A stretch of 64,000 nucleotides of DNA from the NCBI GenBank assembly GCA_965226495.1, contig OZ245365.1, positions 1,440,001 to 1,504,000 of the forward strand. Reading direction: 5' to 3'. The DNA comes from Candidatus Marinacidobacterales bacterium (GTDB lineage: Bacteria; Acidobacteriota; Vicinamibacteria; Marinacidobacterales; DATDRI01). The position numbers and the translations under genes are program-made. Position 1 is the stretch's first letter. Each line of letters begins with the position of its first letter. Shown here piece by piece: positions 30,279-40,040 of this stretch. Under the pieces are notes generated by a model that saw nothing but the letters and a program-made list of their open reading frames with translations, was not told the origin of the DNA and searched no databases.

Positions 30279-30470
30279 CCCTCTCTAGATCTATACGAGC
30301 GGGGAGATACAGGGGTTCCGCCAGAAGTTAGTAAAGCCATTGAGAGTCTTCGAGCCGCCGCCGAGCAGGAAGGGAAGGAACTCCTCAAGAAAGCCTCGGA
30401 GGTCCTCGAGCGATCGTACCGGGTCGAGACTCTCATTACCGAAGGCGCGCCGGCGAGGGTGGTATTGAAA
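30279..30470 (+). pseudogene. Internal fragment resembling a universal stress protein
   Basis: Manual translation: PSLDLYERGDTGVPPEVSKAIESLRAAAEQEGKELLKKASEVLERSYRVETLITEGAPARVVLK. It lacks both termini. Confidence 0.55.
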
Positions 30471-30490
30471 GATGGCTTCCTTCAGTTACT

Positions 30491-30523
30491 CCCTCTCCCT
30501 CAGGGAGAGGGTCGGGGTGAGGG
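30491..30523. repeat. REP-like element, short copy C
   Basis: CCCTCTCCCTCAGGGAGAGGGTCGGGGTGAGGG. Confidence 0.75.
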
Positions 30524-30569
30524 TGGTTGTGAATACTCAAGTGCTGATTTCATTGTTGCGTGCCACTAG

Positions 30570-31088
30570 TTAGGAAATCGGCAAATAGCGTTCCTCGAGA
30601 ACCTGCCGGTGGTGGATCTCGTGACCGGCAATGATGTACGGCAGGGCGCGCACGCTGAACTCGAACCCGCTGGCGACGCCCTTTCTCGTCCAACTCGCCT
30701 CGTCGAAGCTCTTGAAGAGCACTACATGAGATTTCCTCACCACGCGCAGCTCATCGGCGAGGTCCGGTAAAGGACGGTCCGCGGCATTTGAGAATTCTGC
30801 GTACTGGTCCTGCTCGAACGAAGGCAGTTGCGCGGGGTCCTTCCTCGCGAAGCAAAGAGCGCGATAGGCGAAGGTTCTTTCGGTGTCGATGACGTGGCCT
30901 ACCACTTCCTTGATGCTCCACTTCTCGGGCGCGTAGCGGTGATCCGCCTGCTCCGGCGGAATTCCCGCCAGCAGGGACAGTGTTTCCTCTACTTGATCGT
31001 CGAGCACGCGAATGATGTCGCCGTCTGGAACCTTCTCGATGTACCTCCCATAGTACTCGTGGTGCTCGGACGCCTGCGGTCGTTTCAT
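30570..31088 (-). CDS. DinB family protein
   Basis: YAPEKWSIKEVVGHVIDTER and AGHEIHH; ATG 31088 follows a GGAG RBS. Confidence 0.9.
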   Translation of the reverse strand: MKRPQASEHHEYYGRYIEKVPDGDIIRVLDDQVEETLSLLAGIPPEQADHRYAPEKWSIKEVVGHVIDTERTFAYRALCFARKDPAQLPSFEQDQYAEFSNAADRPLPDLADELRVVRKSHVVLFKSFDEASWTRKGVASGFEFSVRALPYIIAGHEIHHRQVLEERYLPIS

Positions 31089-31243
31089 ATAGGATCTCCC
31101 CTTGCCCCTCCAGATGCATGTTCCCAAAATTAGTGCGTTCGCGCTGCCTTTTCCAGATCCACTTACCCAGATCGGTCTAGGGCCACTCCTGGCGCTGGAA
31201 ACTGTAGAATAGCGCCATCCCACTGGCTAAAACGAGGAACGCT

Positions 31244-32104
31244 ATGGAATGGATTGAACGATGGAACCAAATTCTCAACATTCAAGTCGTGCAGGTCGGG
31301 GTCAATACCATTACCGTCCAGCACATCGTGATGTTTGCGATCGCCCTCTTCATGACCCGCTACCTCGCCCGCTCGGTGCGCAGGTTATTGGGCGATCACA
31401 TTCTGGCCAAACTCGACCCGGCGCCGCGATTCGTCATCATCCGAGTCGTTCAGTACGGGGTTTGGGTGGTAGGGCTCTTCATTGCCCTCGAGTTTCTCGG
31501 CATCGACCTGACGGCGCTGACGGTGGTGGCCGGTGCACTAGGCGTCGGCATCGGATTCGGCCTCCAGAGCGTGGTCTCCAATTTCGTCTCCGGCCTGGTG
31601 CTCCTTCTGGAACAGCCGATTCGAATCAACGATCGAGTTACCATCGAGAACGTCGAGGGCAACGTCGTCGATATCCACTTCCGCTCGACGACTATAGTGA
31701 CCAATGACAACATTTCCATCATCGTCCCGAATTCGCAGTTCATCAACCAGTCGGTCATCAACTGGTCCCACGGGGATCCGACGATCAGGATCCACGTTCC
31801 GGTTGGCGTGGCGTATGGCTCTGATGTGGAGCTCGTGGAGCGCACCCTTCAAGAGGTCGCGGCGGCCGACAAGGGTGTGCTCCAGCAGCCACCTCCGGAG
31901 GTGAGATTCACCGAGTTCGGGGACTCCTCACTGAACTTCGATCTCCTGGTCTGGAGCGACAACCCACCCCGTCACCTTCAATTGAGGAGCCGTCTCAACT
32001 ACGCCATTGACGCGGCGTTTCGGCGGAATGCCATCCAAATACCGTTTCCTCAGCGCGATGTACACGTGAAGCCGGATACGGTTATCGCCGCTCCCAGGAA
32101 GTGA
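31244..32104 (+). CDS. mscS: Small-conductance mechanosensitive channel (MscS family)
   Basis: GALGVGIGFGLQ, NFVSG, VPNS, GVAYGSD, FGDSSLNF and IPFPQRD. Confidence 0.92.
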   Translation: MEWIERWNQILNIQVVQVGVNTITVQHIVMFAIALFMTRYLARSVRRLLGDHILAKLDPAPRFVIIRVVQYGVWVVGLFIALEFLGIDLTALTVVAGALGVGIGFGLQSVVSNFVSGLVLLLEQPIRINDRVTIENVEGNVVDIHFRSTTIVTNDNISIIVPNSQFINQSVINWSHGDPTIRIHVPVGVAYGSDVELVERTLQEVAAADKGVLQQPPPEVRFTEFGDSSLNFDLLVWSDNPPRHLQLRSRLNYAIDAAFRRNAIQIPFPQRDVHVKPDTVIAAPRK

Positions 32105-32105
32105 G

Positions 32106-32280
32106 ATGGCTTTGATCGAAGTCAAGAATCTGAGTTTCACCTACACCGAGGGCCGGAAACCCGCGGCCCGAAATCTCGATTTCGAAATTGAGGCCGGTGA
32201 AGTGTTTGGCCTCTTGGGGCCGCGCGGCGTCACGAGGTTTCTCACTACCCACGACATGATGGTCGCGGATGAGCTCTACC
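32106..32280 (+). pseudogene. ABC ATPase remnant with a large internal deletion
   Basis: IEVKNLSFTY...GEVFGLLGP is fused directly to RGVTRFLTTHDMMVADEL. The Walker A lysine, the signature and Walker B are missing. Confidence 0.8.
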
Positions 32281-32406
32281 CGAGTGTCGAGGTCGGGAGC
32301 ATCACGAGAAACGTATTCTTCGTACGGGCTGGTTTGCATTGGTTTGCATCGATCGGCTCCGCTTGCCCCACCAGCCACCGTTGAGAGTCATCGATGGCTC
32401 AGTTGA

Positions 32407-33220
32407 TCAGATTTTCTTGCCCTCTACGATGCTCGTGCCGAAGTTGTCGTGGAGCGGTGTGGTCGACGTTATCTCGAAGCCTGCCGACTTGTACAAAACC
32501 TCCCACTGTTCCAGCGTTCGCTCCTTACCCGGAATAAAGACCAGCATGTCAATGTCTAGGAGCTTGGCGGGAGCGCCGCCCACATCCCCCATCGGTGTCG
32601 GGACCGCATCTACACAGATCACTGAGCCATCGCCGTCCATTTTCTTGTGGCAGTTCTTGAGGAGCTGGATACACCGGGCGTCGTCCCAGTCGCGGATGAT
32701 GTGCTTCATCACATACACGTTGGCGGCCGGGACGTCGTCGAACATGTTGCCACCGACGAACTCGAGTCTAGAGACGACGGTTTGACCCTTTGGCCAAGAC
32801 GCTCTTTCGCTATGGGAACCAGCTCGGGCACGTCAACCACCAGAGCGCTCAAGCCTTCGTATTTTCTGAGCAGCCCGACCGCGAGGTGACCAAAACCTCC
32901 CCCAATATCGGCGATCTTATCAACGCCCGAAAGATTGCAGTGCTTCAACACACCCTGCATGGAGTCCCCTCAGCGTCCTCCGTCACGATCTCGAGGCTGG
33001 CACAGGCTCGGAGTGCCCGTTCCAGAAACTCCGGTACCGCATCGACGCCGTGCTCTTGGGTCAGCTGGCCGGCCGTACGCGGGCCATGCTGCTTGAGCAG
33101 ATCGGGGACATCGAGACGGGTGATTGCGGAGATGGTCTGTGAAACCCACGCGCCCATGACCATCTGCATGACCACGGCTTGCGGTGGAGCGGTGCCTCCT
33201 TGGTTTGTCGCATCTGCCAC
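32407..33220 (-). pseudogene. O-methyltransferase (dimerisation domain + Methyltransf_2) in three fragments
   Basis: Fragments: a dimerisation N-terminus; IADIGGGFGH; and (GGN)MFDDVP..YVMKHIIRDWDD...GKERT. There is an internal deletion plus frameshifts. Confidence 0.85.
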
Positions 33221-33390
33221 GTTCTTTCGCTCCTTTCCTTTCGACGCCGTTAGGGCGCGACGTTGCTCGTCGGGGATGAAGGGGCGGGGCTATTCCCGCT
33301 CACAAGTGAGTGTACAGAGAGGCACGGGAGCGAGTCCAGCACGGTCCGTCTCGCGGCCGGCTGCTGTTCAGGAGCTAGAGGTCGGTGACC

Positions 33391-34890
33391 TTACTGACTG
33401 AATTCAAGACTGTTTTGGGCGAGGTATTCCTTGAAGTGATAAAACTCGGCCGGCTCCACGTGAAGGAGCTTGATACCGGCGTGACAATGTGGCGCCTGAC
33501 CCGATGCCCAGGCTACGCTGCCGGTGAAGGTAATGGTCCGTTCATTGGGTGCGAAATCGAGCTCAACCCGGACGACGCTCCCCTCCTCCAAGCTCTCTTC
33601 TGTATTGATGAGGAGTCCGCCGGGACTGACGTTGGAAGTCGTAAAGGGCAGCGTGTTGCCGTCGGGAAGCCGTAGACGTCCCAACAAGGCTGCGTCGCGC
33701 CGGCGGAACGAGCGTCGTTCCTCAAGACTGTTTTGGGCGAGGTATTCCTTGAAGTGATAAAACTCGGCCGGCTCCACGTGAAGGAGCTTGATACCGGCGT
33801 GACAATGTGGCGCCTGACCCGATGCCCAGGCTACGCTGCCGGTGAAGGTAATGGTCCGTTCATTGGGTGCGAAATCGAGCTCAACCCGGACGACGCTCCC
33901 CTCCTCCAAGCTCTCTTCTGTATTGATGAGGAGTCCGCCGGGACTGACGTTGGAAGTCGTAAAGGGCAGCGTGTTGCCGTCGGGAAGCCGTAGACGTCCC
34001 AACAAGGCTGCGTCGCGCCGGCGGAACGAGCGTCGTTCCTCGGAGCAAGCTTCGACACGATTCTTGCCCATGCGTTTGGCTTTGTACAGCGCGGAATCGG
34101 CCTGTCGAATCAAATCGGTCGTGGTGTTGGCATCGGTAGGTACACAGGCGGCACCAATGCTGACGGTTAGATTCTTGCTCGGCAGGTTGGACTCACCCTG
34201 AATCCTGGTTTCTTCCATCTTGAGACGGATCTTCTCGCCCGCGACCAGAGCGCCCTGTTTCAGCGTGGCGGGCAAGATGACGGCGAACTCTTCTCCGCCG
34301 TATCGGGTGATGACGTCCACCTCTCGAACCGCCTCCTTCAGCACGTGAGCCAATTGCTGGAGCGCGATGTTCCCGCGGTCGTGGCCGTTCCGATCGTTGA
34401 ACAGCTTGAAGTCGTCGGCGTCGACCATTAACAGCGAAACGGAGGAATTGTAGCGGACTGCTCTCTTTACCTCCTGATCGATTCGGTCTTTAAAGTAGCG
34501 GTAGTTGTAGAGCTGTGTGAGTTCGTCGAGGATAACCGAGTCCTGGACTTTTTGTAGGAGCCGAATCTCGACGATCGTCGGATTCTCGAGAGTTTTTTGA
34601 ACCTCGAGGAAATAGTGAAGCACCGCTACCCGAAGATCCATCTCCCAGGTCACGGCTCGGCTCAAGGCTTCCCACACATCGAGAATCTTTCCCCAGTGCT
34701 GCTTGGCTTCTTCGGTCTCGAAGGCCTGGTGAGTCAAGAGGAAGAGAAGGCTGGCGTATGTTTCGAGGCCGTACCGCTTCTCCAGCTGTAGAACTCTCTG
34801 CTTCCACTCCGAGATAGGAAGACGAGGATGCCGCAACAAAGAGAACGTCGCGTTCGACAAATCTGCGGAGAACTCGGTGGTCTCAATCAT
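33391..34890 (-). CDS. Diguanylate cyclase (GGDEF) with two identical C-terminal PilZ domains
   Basis: DELTQLYN, D(A)DDFK, I-site REVD and RYGGEEF; the PilZ motifs ERRSFRR and SNVSPGG each occur twice. Confidence 0.92.
   Translation of the reverse strand: MIETTEFSADLSNATFSLLRHPRLPISEWKQRVLQLEKRYGLETYASLLFLLTHQAFETEEAKQHWGKILDVWEALSRAVTWEMDLRVAVLHYFLEVQKTLENPTIVEIRLLQKVQDSVILDELTQLYNYRYFKDRIDQEVKRAVRYNSSVSLLMVDADDFKLFNDRNGHDRGNIALQQLAHVLKEAVREVDVITRYGGEEFAVILPATLKQGALVAGEKIRLKMEETRIQGESNLPSKNLTVSIGAACVPTDANTTTDLIRQADSALYKAKRMGKNRVEACSEERRSFRRRDAALLGRLRLPDGNTLPFTTSNVSPGGLLINTEESLEEGSVVRVELDFAPNERTITFTGSVAWASGQAPHCHAGIKLLHVEPAEFYHFKEYLAQNSLEERRSFRRRDAALLGRLRLPDGNTLPFTTSNVSPGGLLINTEESLEEGSVVRVELDFAPNERTITFTGSVAWASGQAPHCHAGIKLLHVEPAEFYHFKEYLAQNSLEFSQ
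33404..34041. repeat. 318-bp tandem duplication
   Basis: 33404-33723 matches 33722-34041 by eye, and the two 106-aa translations are identical. Confidence 0.95.
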
Positions 34891-34954
34891 GGCAACGAAT
34901 CATCAATGTCAGGGGGCGGCGCTTGTCGTACCTCTCCTGCCCAAGCCACGTATT

Positions 34955-34970
34955 AGCAAGGGCCGTGCCG
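34955..34970 (-). promoter_or_regulatory. Putative sigma54 promoter of the GGDEF-PilZ gene
   Basis: The minus strand reads CGGCACGGCCCTTGCT (GG-N10-GC), 65 bp upstream of the ATG. Confidence 0.6.
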
Positions 34971-35278
34971 CAGTCTCTGTTTCGAGACAGAGGCTCAACC
35001 CTCTTTTATGCGGTTGTTTACGGTGAGGGAGGCTTATTCTTTAGCACCTGCGCTGAGGGGCTCGAGCCGCCCATTGAGGGGAATTTCCCCCCAGTTTGGG
35101 TCGTCTTCTTTAACGTCGAGCCTAACCATTCCGTTGTGGCATGAACACAACGCTTGGCTTCCGATCGGGGGAGTTAAGCATCGACGCCAAGGAGGTGTTC
35201 CCGGGCACCTCTTGTGATCTAGCGCACACGGGCGCCTGTTATACTTCGGGTCGACTCGAGCCCGAAGGATCTCTACTC

Positions 35279-36130
35279 GTGACAGCTCCGCGCGGCAAAA
35301 CATCCGGCGTTGTGGTCAGCGATCTCGACGGCACCCTCCTTGATAGCGAGAATTATTCCTTCGACGATGCGCGACCCGCTCTCGCCGCCTTGCGTGAAGG
35401 TCAGGTCCCGGTCATTCTCGTAAGCAGCAAGACGCGCGCCGAGATCGAGCCCCTTCGTGAAGCTCTGGAGCTGGAAGATCCTTTCGTCGTCGAAAACGGA
35501 GGCGCGGCGTACGTTCCTCGCGGGACTTTTAACGAGGAGATAGGGGCCCTCGACGCTTCGGGTCGATACGACGTCGTGCGATGGGGAACTCCGTACGATG
35601 AAGTCGTTGCGGTGTTAGACGAAGCGAAGGAAGCCACCGGGGCATCACTACGAGGCTTCCACGAGATGGAAGCGGAAGACGTGGCCGCACTTACCGGGCT
35701 TTCCCTCTACGAAGCCCGGCGTGCGAAGGAAAGAGAGTTCGACGAGCCTTTCTTGGTCGATGGTGAGGAAGACCAGCGTAGCAAAAAAGCACTGGAGATA
35801 CTCGAGGCAAAGGGCCTCACCGTGACTCGTGGCGGCCGTTTCTATCACGCGATGGGTGGCTGCGACAAAGGGAAAGCGGTGAGAGAGCTGTTGCGGTTCT
35901 ATCGAGGTTCGGGCAAGTCTTGGGTGTCGGCCGGACTCGGCGACGCCCAAAATGATCTGCCTTTTCTTCGTGAAGTGGATCGACCCTACATCGTCGCCGG
36001 TGTCAAGGGGCATGACCCAACTTTGATCGAAGCGCTTCCCGAAGCGCGCAGGGTAGCACCCGCGCCCCGGGGCTGGGCGGAAGCGGTCGTGGACTTCTTA
36101 TCCTGGCTCGACCGCGGTGCTTCCGCCTAG
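35279..36130 (+). CDS. Mannosyl/glucosyl-3-phosphoglycerate phosphatase (HAD-IIB, YedP/MpgP-like)
   Basis: SDLDGTLLD, SSKTRAE, ENG, REFDEPF, GGRFYH and GLGDAQND. GTG start inferred. Confidence 0.88.
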   Translation: MTAPRGKTSGVVVSDLDGTLLDSENYSFDDARPALAALREGQVPVILVSSKTRAEIEPLREALELEDPFVVENGGAAYVPRGTFNEEIGALDASGRYDVVRWGTPYDEVVAVLDEAKEATGASLRGFHEMEAEDVAALTGLSLYEARRAKEREFDEPFLVDGEEDQRSKKALEILEAKGLTVTRGGRFYHAMGGCDKGKAVRELLRFYRGSGKSWVSAGLGDAQNDLPFLREVDRPYIVAGVKGHDPTLIEALPEARRVAPAPRGWAEAVVDFLSWLDRGASA

Positions 36131-37530
36131 GTGCGGCCTTTATTGAAATACTCGAGGGTCAGTTTTCTGACCACGCCCGACAAGGCCAGAAGCGCGAGCA
36201 GATTCGGAAACGCCATAAACCCGTTGAGCAGAGTTCCCAAAGCCCATACCAAAGGTACGCTAGCCACCGAGCCCACCATCACGAGTGCGGTGAAGAGGTA
36301 TCGATAGGGCATGATCACCTTCGTGCCGAACAGGAACTCTATGCACTTTTCGCCGTAGTAGTACCAACCAATGAGGGTCGACAACCCGAACAGGAACGAG
36401 CAAAGAGCGACGATGAGGGTTGCTCCTGGGATCGTAGTGGCGAGCGCTCCCGCGGTGAGATCGCCGCTCGCATTCTGGTACGACGCCTCCGTCCAGAGTC
36501 CAGACGAGAGGATCACGAAAGCGGTGATGGAGCACACCACGATAGTGTCGGTGAAGACTTCGAATATCCCTACAACACCTTGCTCCACCGGATGTTTGAC
36601 CTTGGCGATACCGTGGGCAATAGGAGCACTTCCCATTCCAGCTTCGTTGGACAAAACGCCGCGGCTGATTCCAGCCGCGATGGCGTTGGCAACGCTTACA
36701 CCGACGAAGCCTCCCAATGCGGCCATCGGTGTGAAGGCGCGCTCGAAGATAAGACCAAGCACGGTCGGGACTTGGGAGATGTTGATCGCCATATACGAGA
36801 GACCCGCGACGAGATAAAGGACAATCATCGCGGGAACGAGCTTCTCGGCCACCGAGGCGATGCGCTGAATACCACCGAGAAGCACCAGTCCGACCACCAC
36901 GGTGATGAGCACCCCGGGTACCCAAAGAGGTACGTCAACGCCAAAGACGGAGCTCGCGGCTTTTACGAACGTCCGGGCAATGGTGTTGGACTGCGCCATG
37001 TTGCCGGTACCGACCAGCGCAGTGGCCGCGCCGAAAAAGCAAAACATATAGGCCAGGACCTTGGCGAGACGGGGCCATGGGAGTCCACGCGTGATGTAGT
37101 ACATCGGTCCGCTGGCGTACTCGCCGGTCTCCGTGGTTACCCGGTAGTGAACGCCTAGAACCGCCTCCGAGTACTTGGTCGCCATTCCGACGGCCGCGGT
37201 GACCCACATCCAGAAGATAGCGCCCGGTCCTCCGATCAGGATGGCGGTGGCCACTCCTCCGATGTTGCCATTGCCGACGGTCGAAGCGAGTGCGGTGGAA
37301 AGCGCCTGGAAGGGAGTGATGGTTCCTTCGCCCTCGACGTCATGTTTGAAGGCGCCCTGCCTCACGAATCGTAGAGCTGCTGGGAACCGACGTATCTGTA
37401 CGAAGCCCGTCCGCACCGTCAGCCAGCCGCCAACGACGACCAAGAGGAACGGTATGGCGTACCACTGGTAGATGAGATTGGAGAGAGCGTTGATCTGGTT
37501 GGTCAGGTTAGCGACGAATGAACCATCCAT
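36127..37530 (-). CDS. Alanine/glycine:cation symporter (AGCS)
   Basis: TVGNGNIGGVA, GGPGAIFWMW and SNEAGMGSAP. Confidence 0.93.
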   Translation of the reverse strand: MDGSFVANLTNQINALSNLIYQWYAIPFLLVVVGGWLTVRTGFVQIRRFPAALRFVRQGAFKHDVEGEGTITPFQALSTALASTVGNGNIGGVATAILIGGPGAIFWMWVTAAVGMATKYSEAVLGVHYRVTTETGEYASGPMYYITRGLPWPRLAKVLAYMFCFFGAATALVGTGNMAQSNTIARTFVKAASSVFGVDVPLWVPGVLITVVVGLVLLGGIQRIASVAEKLVPAMIVLYLVAGLSYMAINISQVPTVLGLIFERAFTPMAALGGFVGVSVANAIAAGISRGVLSNEAGMGSAPIAHGIAKVKHPVEQGVVGIFEVFTDTIVVCSITAFVILSSGLWTEASYQNASGDLTAGALATTIPGATLIVALCSFLFGLSTLIGWYYYGEKCIEFLFGTKVIMPYRYLFTALVMVGSVASVPLVWALGTLLNGFMAFPNLLALLALSGVVRKLTLEYFNKGRT

Positions 37531-37557
37531 GAAATTCTCCCAGGATAGTCGGCGGGC

Positions 37558-38934
37558 CTACCAAGAGAACATGGGCCACACCGTCACGAGAATAATGATC
37601 GCGATGGCTATAGGAGAGACGAACCGTATCAAAACGCTCCAGAGTTTGGGATACGGAAACCATGCTTTGTTGGAAACCAGTTCCTTGATCGCTGCTTCCG
37701 ACGTCCAGACATAGCCGACGAAGATGGCGGTCAGAAAGCCGCCGATGGGGAGCGCATAGTTGTTCCACACCATGTTCATCATGCCTAGGAAGTTGCCTCC
37801 CAACACGCTAGAGAAATTGCTAAGCCCGGCCACCGCTCCGTTGCCGAGCGCGGAGGGTATGGCGAGCAGGAACGTGGCGGCGGTGATGACCAATACTGCT
37901 TTCTTGCGGTTCCATCCGTATTCGTCGATGAAGTGCGAGACCGGTACCTCGAGCAAAGAGATCGTCGAAGTCAGGGCCGCCATAGCTAGTAGGATGAAGA
38001 ACGCGGTACCAAAAAGGGTGCCACCAGGCAGGGTGGAAAACAATTGTGGGAGGACGTTGAAGATGAGGCCGGGGCCGGAAGCGCTGGGGTCGAAGCCTTC
38101 GATAGAAAAGCCTGCGGGAAAGATGATGAACCCGGCGAGAAGTGCGATCGCCGTGTCCAGGCAGACGACGAAGAGTGCGGCGCGCGCAATGCCTTCGGTC
38201 TTCTTTATGTAGCTCCCATAGGTGATCATGCATCCCATGCCCAAGCTCAAAGAAAAGAAGGCCTGGCCGAGTGCACCGCTCAGCACGCCGACGTCCAGGA
38301 TTTTGCTGAAGTCGGGTCGAAGGTAATAGGCGAGCCCCTCGGCCGCTCCCGGTAGAGTAAGAGCCCGAAAACCTAGAAGAATGAGCAGGATGATGAGCGT
38401 CGGCATCAACGCCTTGGTGACGCGCTCGATGCCGGATCGAACGCCGGTGATGATGCATGCCGCCGTCATCGCGAGGAAGAGGAAGGTGAGAAAAACGCAG
38501 AGCGGGCCGTTGGCGGCGAAGGCTGCAAAGGCCGTCTGGATCTCCTCGGCGTTGCCGCTGATGCTGCCGGTGGCGGTGAACCAAATGTAGGCTACCGTCC
38601 AGCCGGCAATGACGGAGTAGAAGGACAGGATGCCCACGCCGGCGATGACGCCGAGCGCGCCCACCATCCACCATTTGGAATTGGGCTGGTAGAATCGGTA
38701 AGCGCCAACCGGGTCTTTCTGCGAACCTCGTCCCAAAACGAGCTCCGCAATTATGATGGGAGCACAAATGAGAAAGACGCACAACAAGTAGACGACGACG
38801 AACGCAGCGCCGCCTGCTTGGCCGACTCGCGTCGGAAAGCTCCAGATGTTGCCGAGTCCCACGGCGGAGCCTGCGGCGGCGAGAATGAATCCGGTGCGAG
38901 AGCCCCAGCTTCCGCGCTCGTTAGGCGATGCCAT
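37558..38934 (-). CDS. Sodium-dependent transporter, NSS/SNF family
   Basis: GSAVGLGNIW, QAFFSLSLG and GPGL. Confidence 0.93.
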   Translation of the reverse strand: MASPNERGSWGSRTGFILAAAGSAVGLGNIWSFPTRVGQAGGAAFVVVYLLCVFLICAPIIIAELVLGRGSQKDPVGAYRFYQPNSKWWMVGALGVIAGVGILSFYSVIAGWTVAYIWFTATGSISGNAEEIQTAFAAFAANGPLCVFLTFLFLAMTAACIITGVRSGIERVTKALMPTLIILLILLGFRALTLPGAAEGLAYYLRPDFSKILDVGVLSGALGQAFFSLSLGMGCMITYGSYIKKTEGIARAALFVVCLDTAIALLAGFIIFPAGFSIEGFDPSASGPGLIFNVLPQLFSTLPGGTLFGTAFFILLAMAALTSTISLLEVPVSHFIDEYGWNRKKAVLVITAATFLLAIPSALGNGAVAGLSNFSSVLGGNFLGMMNMVWNNYALPIGGFLTAIFVGYVWTSEAAIKELVSNKAWFPYPKLWSVLIRFVSPIAIAIIILVTVWPMFSW

Positions 38935-39011
38935 CGATCTCCCTCCGGACTATTCGCTCAAACGTTCAAAAAAACTTTCGAAGTGTACCACAGCGAGTGT
39001 GCGAAACCCTC

Positions 39012-39839
39012 TTAGGGCGCCACCAGCGTTTTGACCTCTCCCTTGATGCTCACCTGAAATATGTTTTGGGCGTGCGGATCGGCGACCAGAATGTTTCCCT
39101 TGCCGTCCAGCGCGAGACCTTGAGGACTCTTCAGGGGGTCGCCCTGAACGAGCGCACTCACTTCACCAGCGGGCGTCACTCGCCAGATGGCTCGCGCGTA
39201 ACCGTCGCTGACGTAATAGTTCCCGTTGGGGTGCAGGACGGCGTCGTGGGGGAACTCGAAGGGTGGTGAGTCGAGAAGAGGCTCGGTCTTGCCGTCGCCT
39301 CCGACCTTCTCAAGATTGCGATCGGTGAGTATGACGATGGCGCCCTCCTTATCGAAGAGAATGGTGCGCGGCGCTTGCACCTCGGCAACATCGGTGACTC
39401 CATCCGCCGTGATTCGACGCAGACGTTGAGTCACTCGGTCCACTACCAGGATGTCTCCCGATGGCTCGACCAAAATTCCCCAAGGGGTCACGAAGCGCTC
39501 ATCGTCGGCGACGGGGTCGATGTTTCCTGCCGCGTCGATGCGGTAGAGCTTCATCGTGGCCGGATCGCTCGCCACCCAGACACCCTCGTTCTTATCCGGA
39601 GCGATGTGCCGGATGCCGAAGAGCGGTGTACGGGGAAGTCCCTCCCCTTTGGCGACGACCTTCACGGCGCCACTTTCGAGCTTGAAGAGGGCGTGAGCCT
39701 GGTTATCGGCCACATAAATCCCACCCTTTGAGTCGACGGCCACGTCGACGGGGTAGTCTAGGTTTTGCGCTACTGCGAGGCCAGCTAAGCCTGCTAAAAA
39801 AGAAAAGAAGGAGAAGAGTAGGGCAAGCGTTATTCGCAC
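39012..39839 (-). CDS. Secreted NHL/beta-propeller repeat protein
   Basis: Signal peptide; repeated PxDVAVDxxG-YVAD-type units. Confidence 0.8.
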   Translation of the reverse strand: MRITLALLFSFFSFLAGLAGLAVAQNLDYPVDVAVDSKGGIYVADNQAHALFKLESGAVKVVAKGEGLPRTPLFGIRHIAPDKNEGVWVASDPATMKLYRIDAAGNIDPVADDERFVTPWGILVEPSGDILVVDRVTQRLRRITADGVTDVAEVQAPRTILFDKEGAIVILTDRNLEKVGGDGKTEPLLDSPPFEFPHDAVLHPNGNYYVSDGYARAIWRVTPAGEVSALVQGDPLKSPQGLALDGKGNILVADPHAQNIFQVSIKGEVKTLVAP

Positions 39840-40040
39840 GCTTCGTCAACCTCCATGAATGTTGCCTCATTTCCCCACGTCTGCGGCTGGCGCGGGGTTG
39901 CGCCATTCTATGCGCTGGCCTGGTTGAATTCAAAGGGCTTCCGGGCCGAAATAGCGCTTGGGGTACGGGCTTGCTTCCGGTAGAATGCCAGCTTCTGTGT
40001 CGTGAGTCTCACCTTATATAAGTACACGAGGAGGTAGAGG

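Noticed and set aside
33404-34041. 318-bp repeat pair as a DGR template/variable repeat
   Set aside because: The copies appear identical with no adenine-specific mismatches, and there is no reverse transcriptase in the window.
34995-35270. Short ORFs between the GGDEF gene and the phosphatase
   Set aside because: No recognisable motifs; treated as intergenic regulatory sequence.
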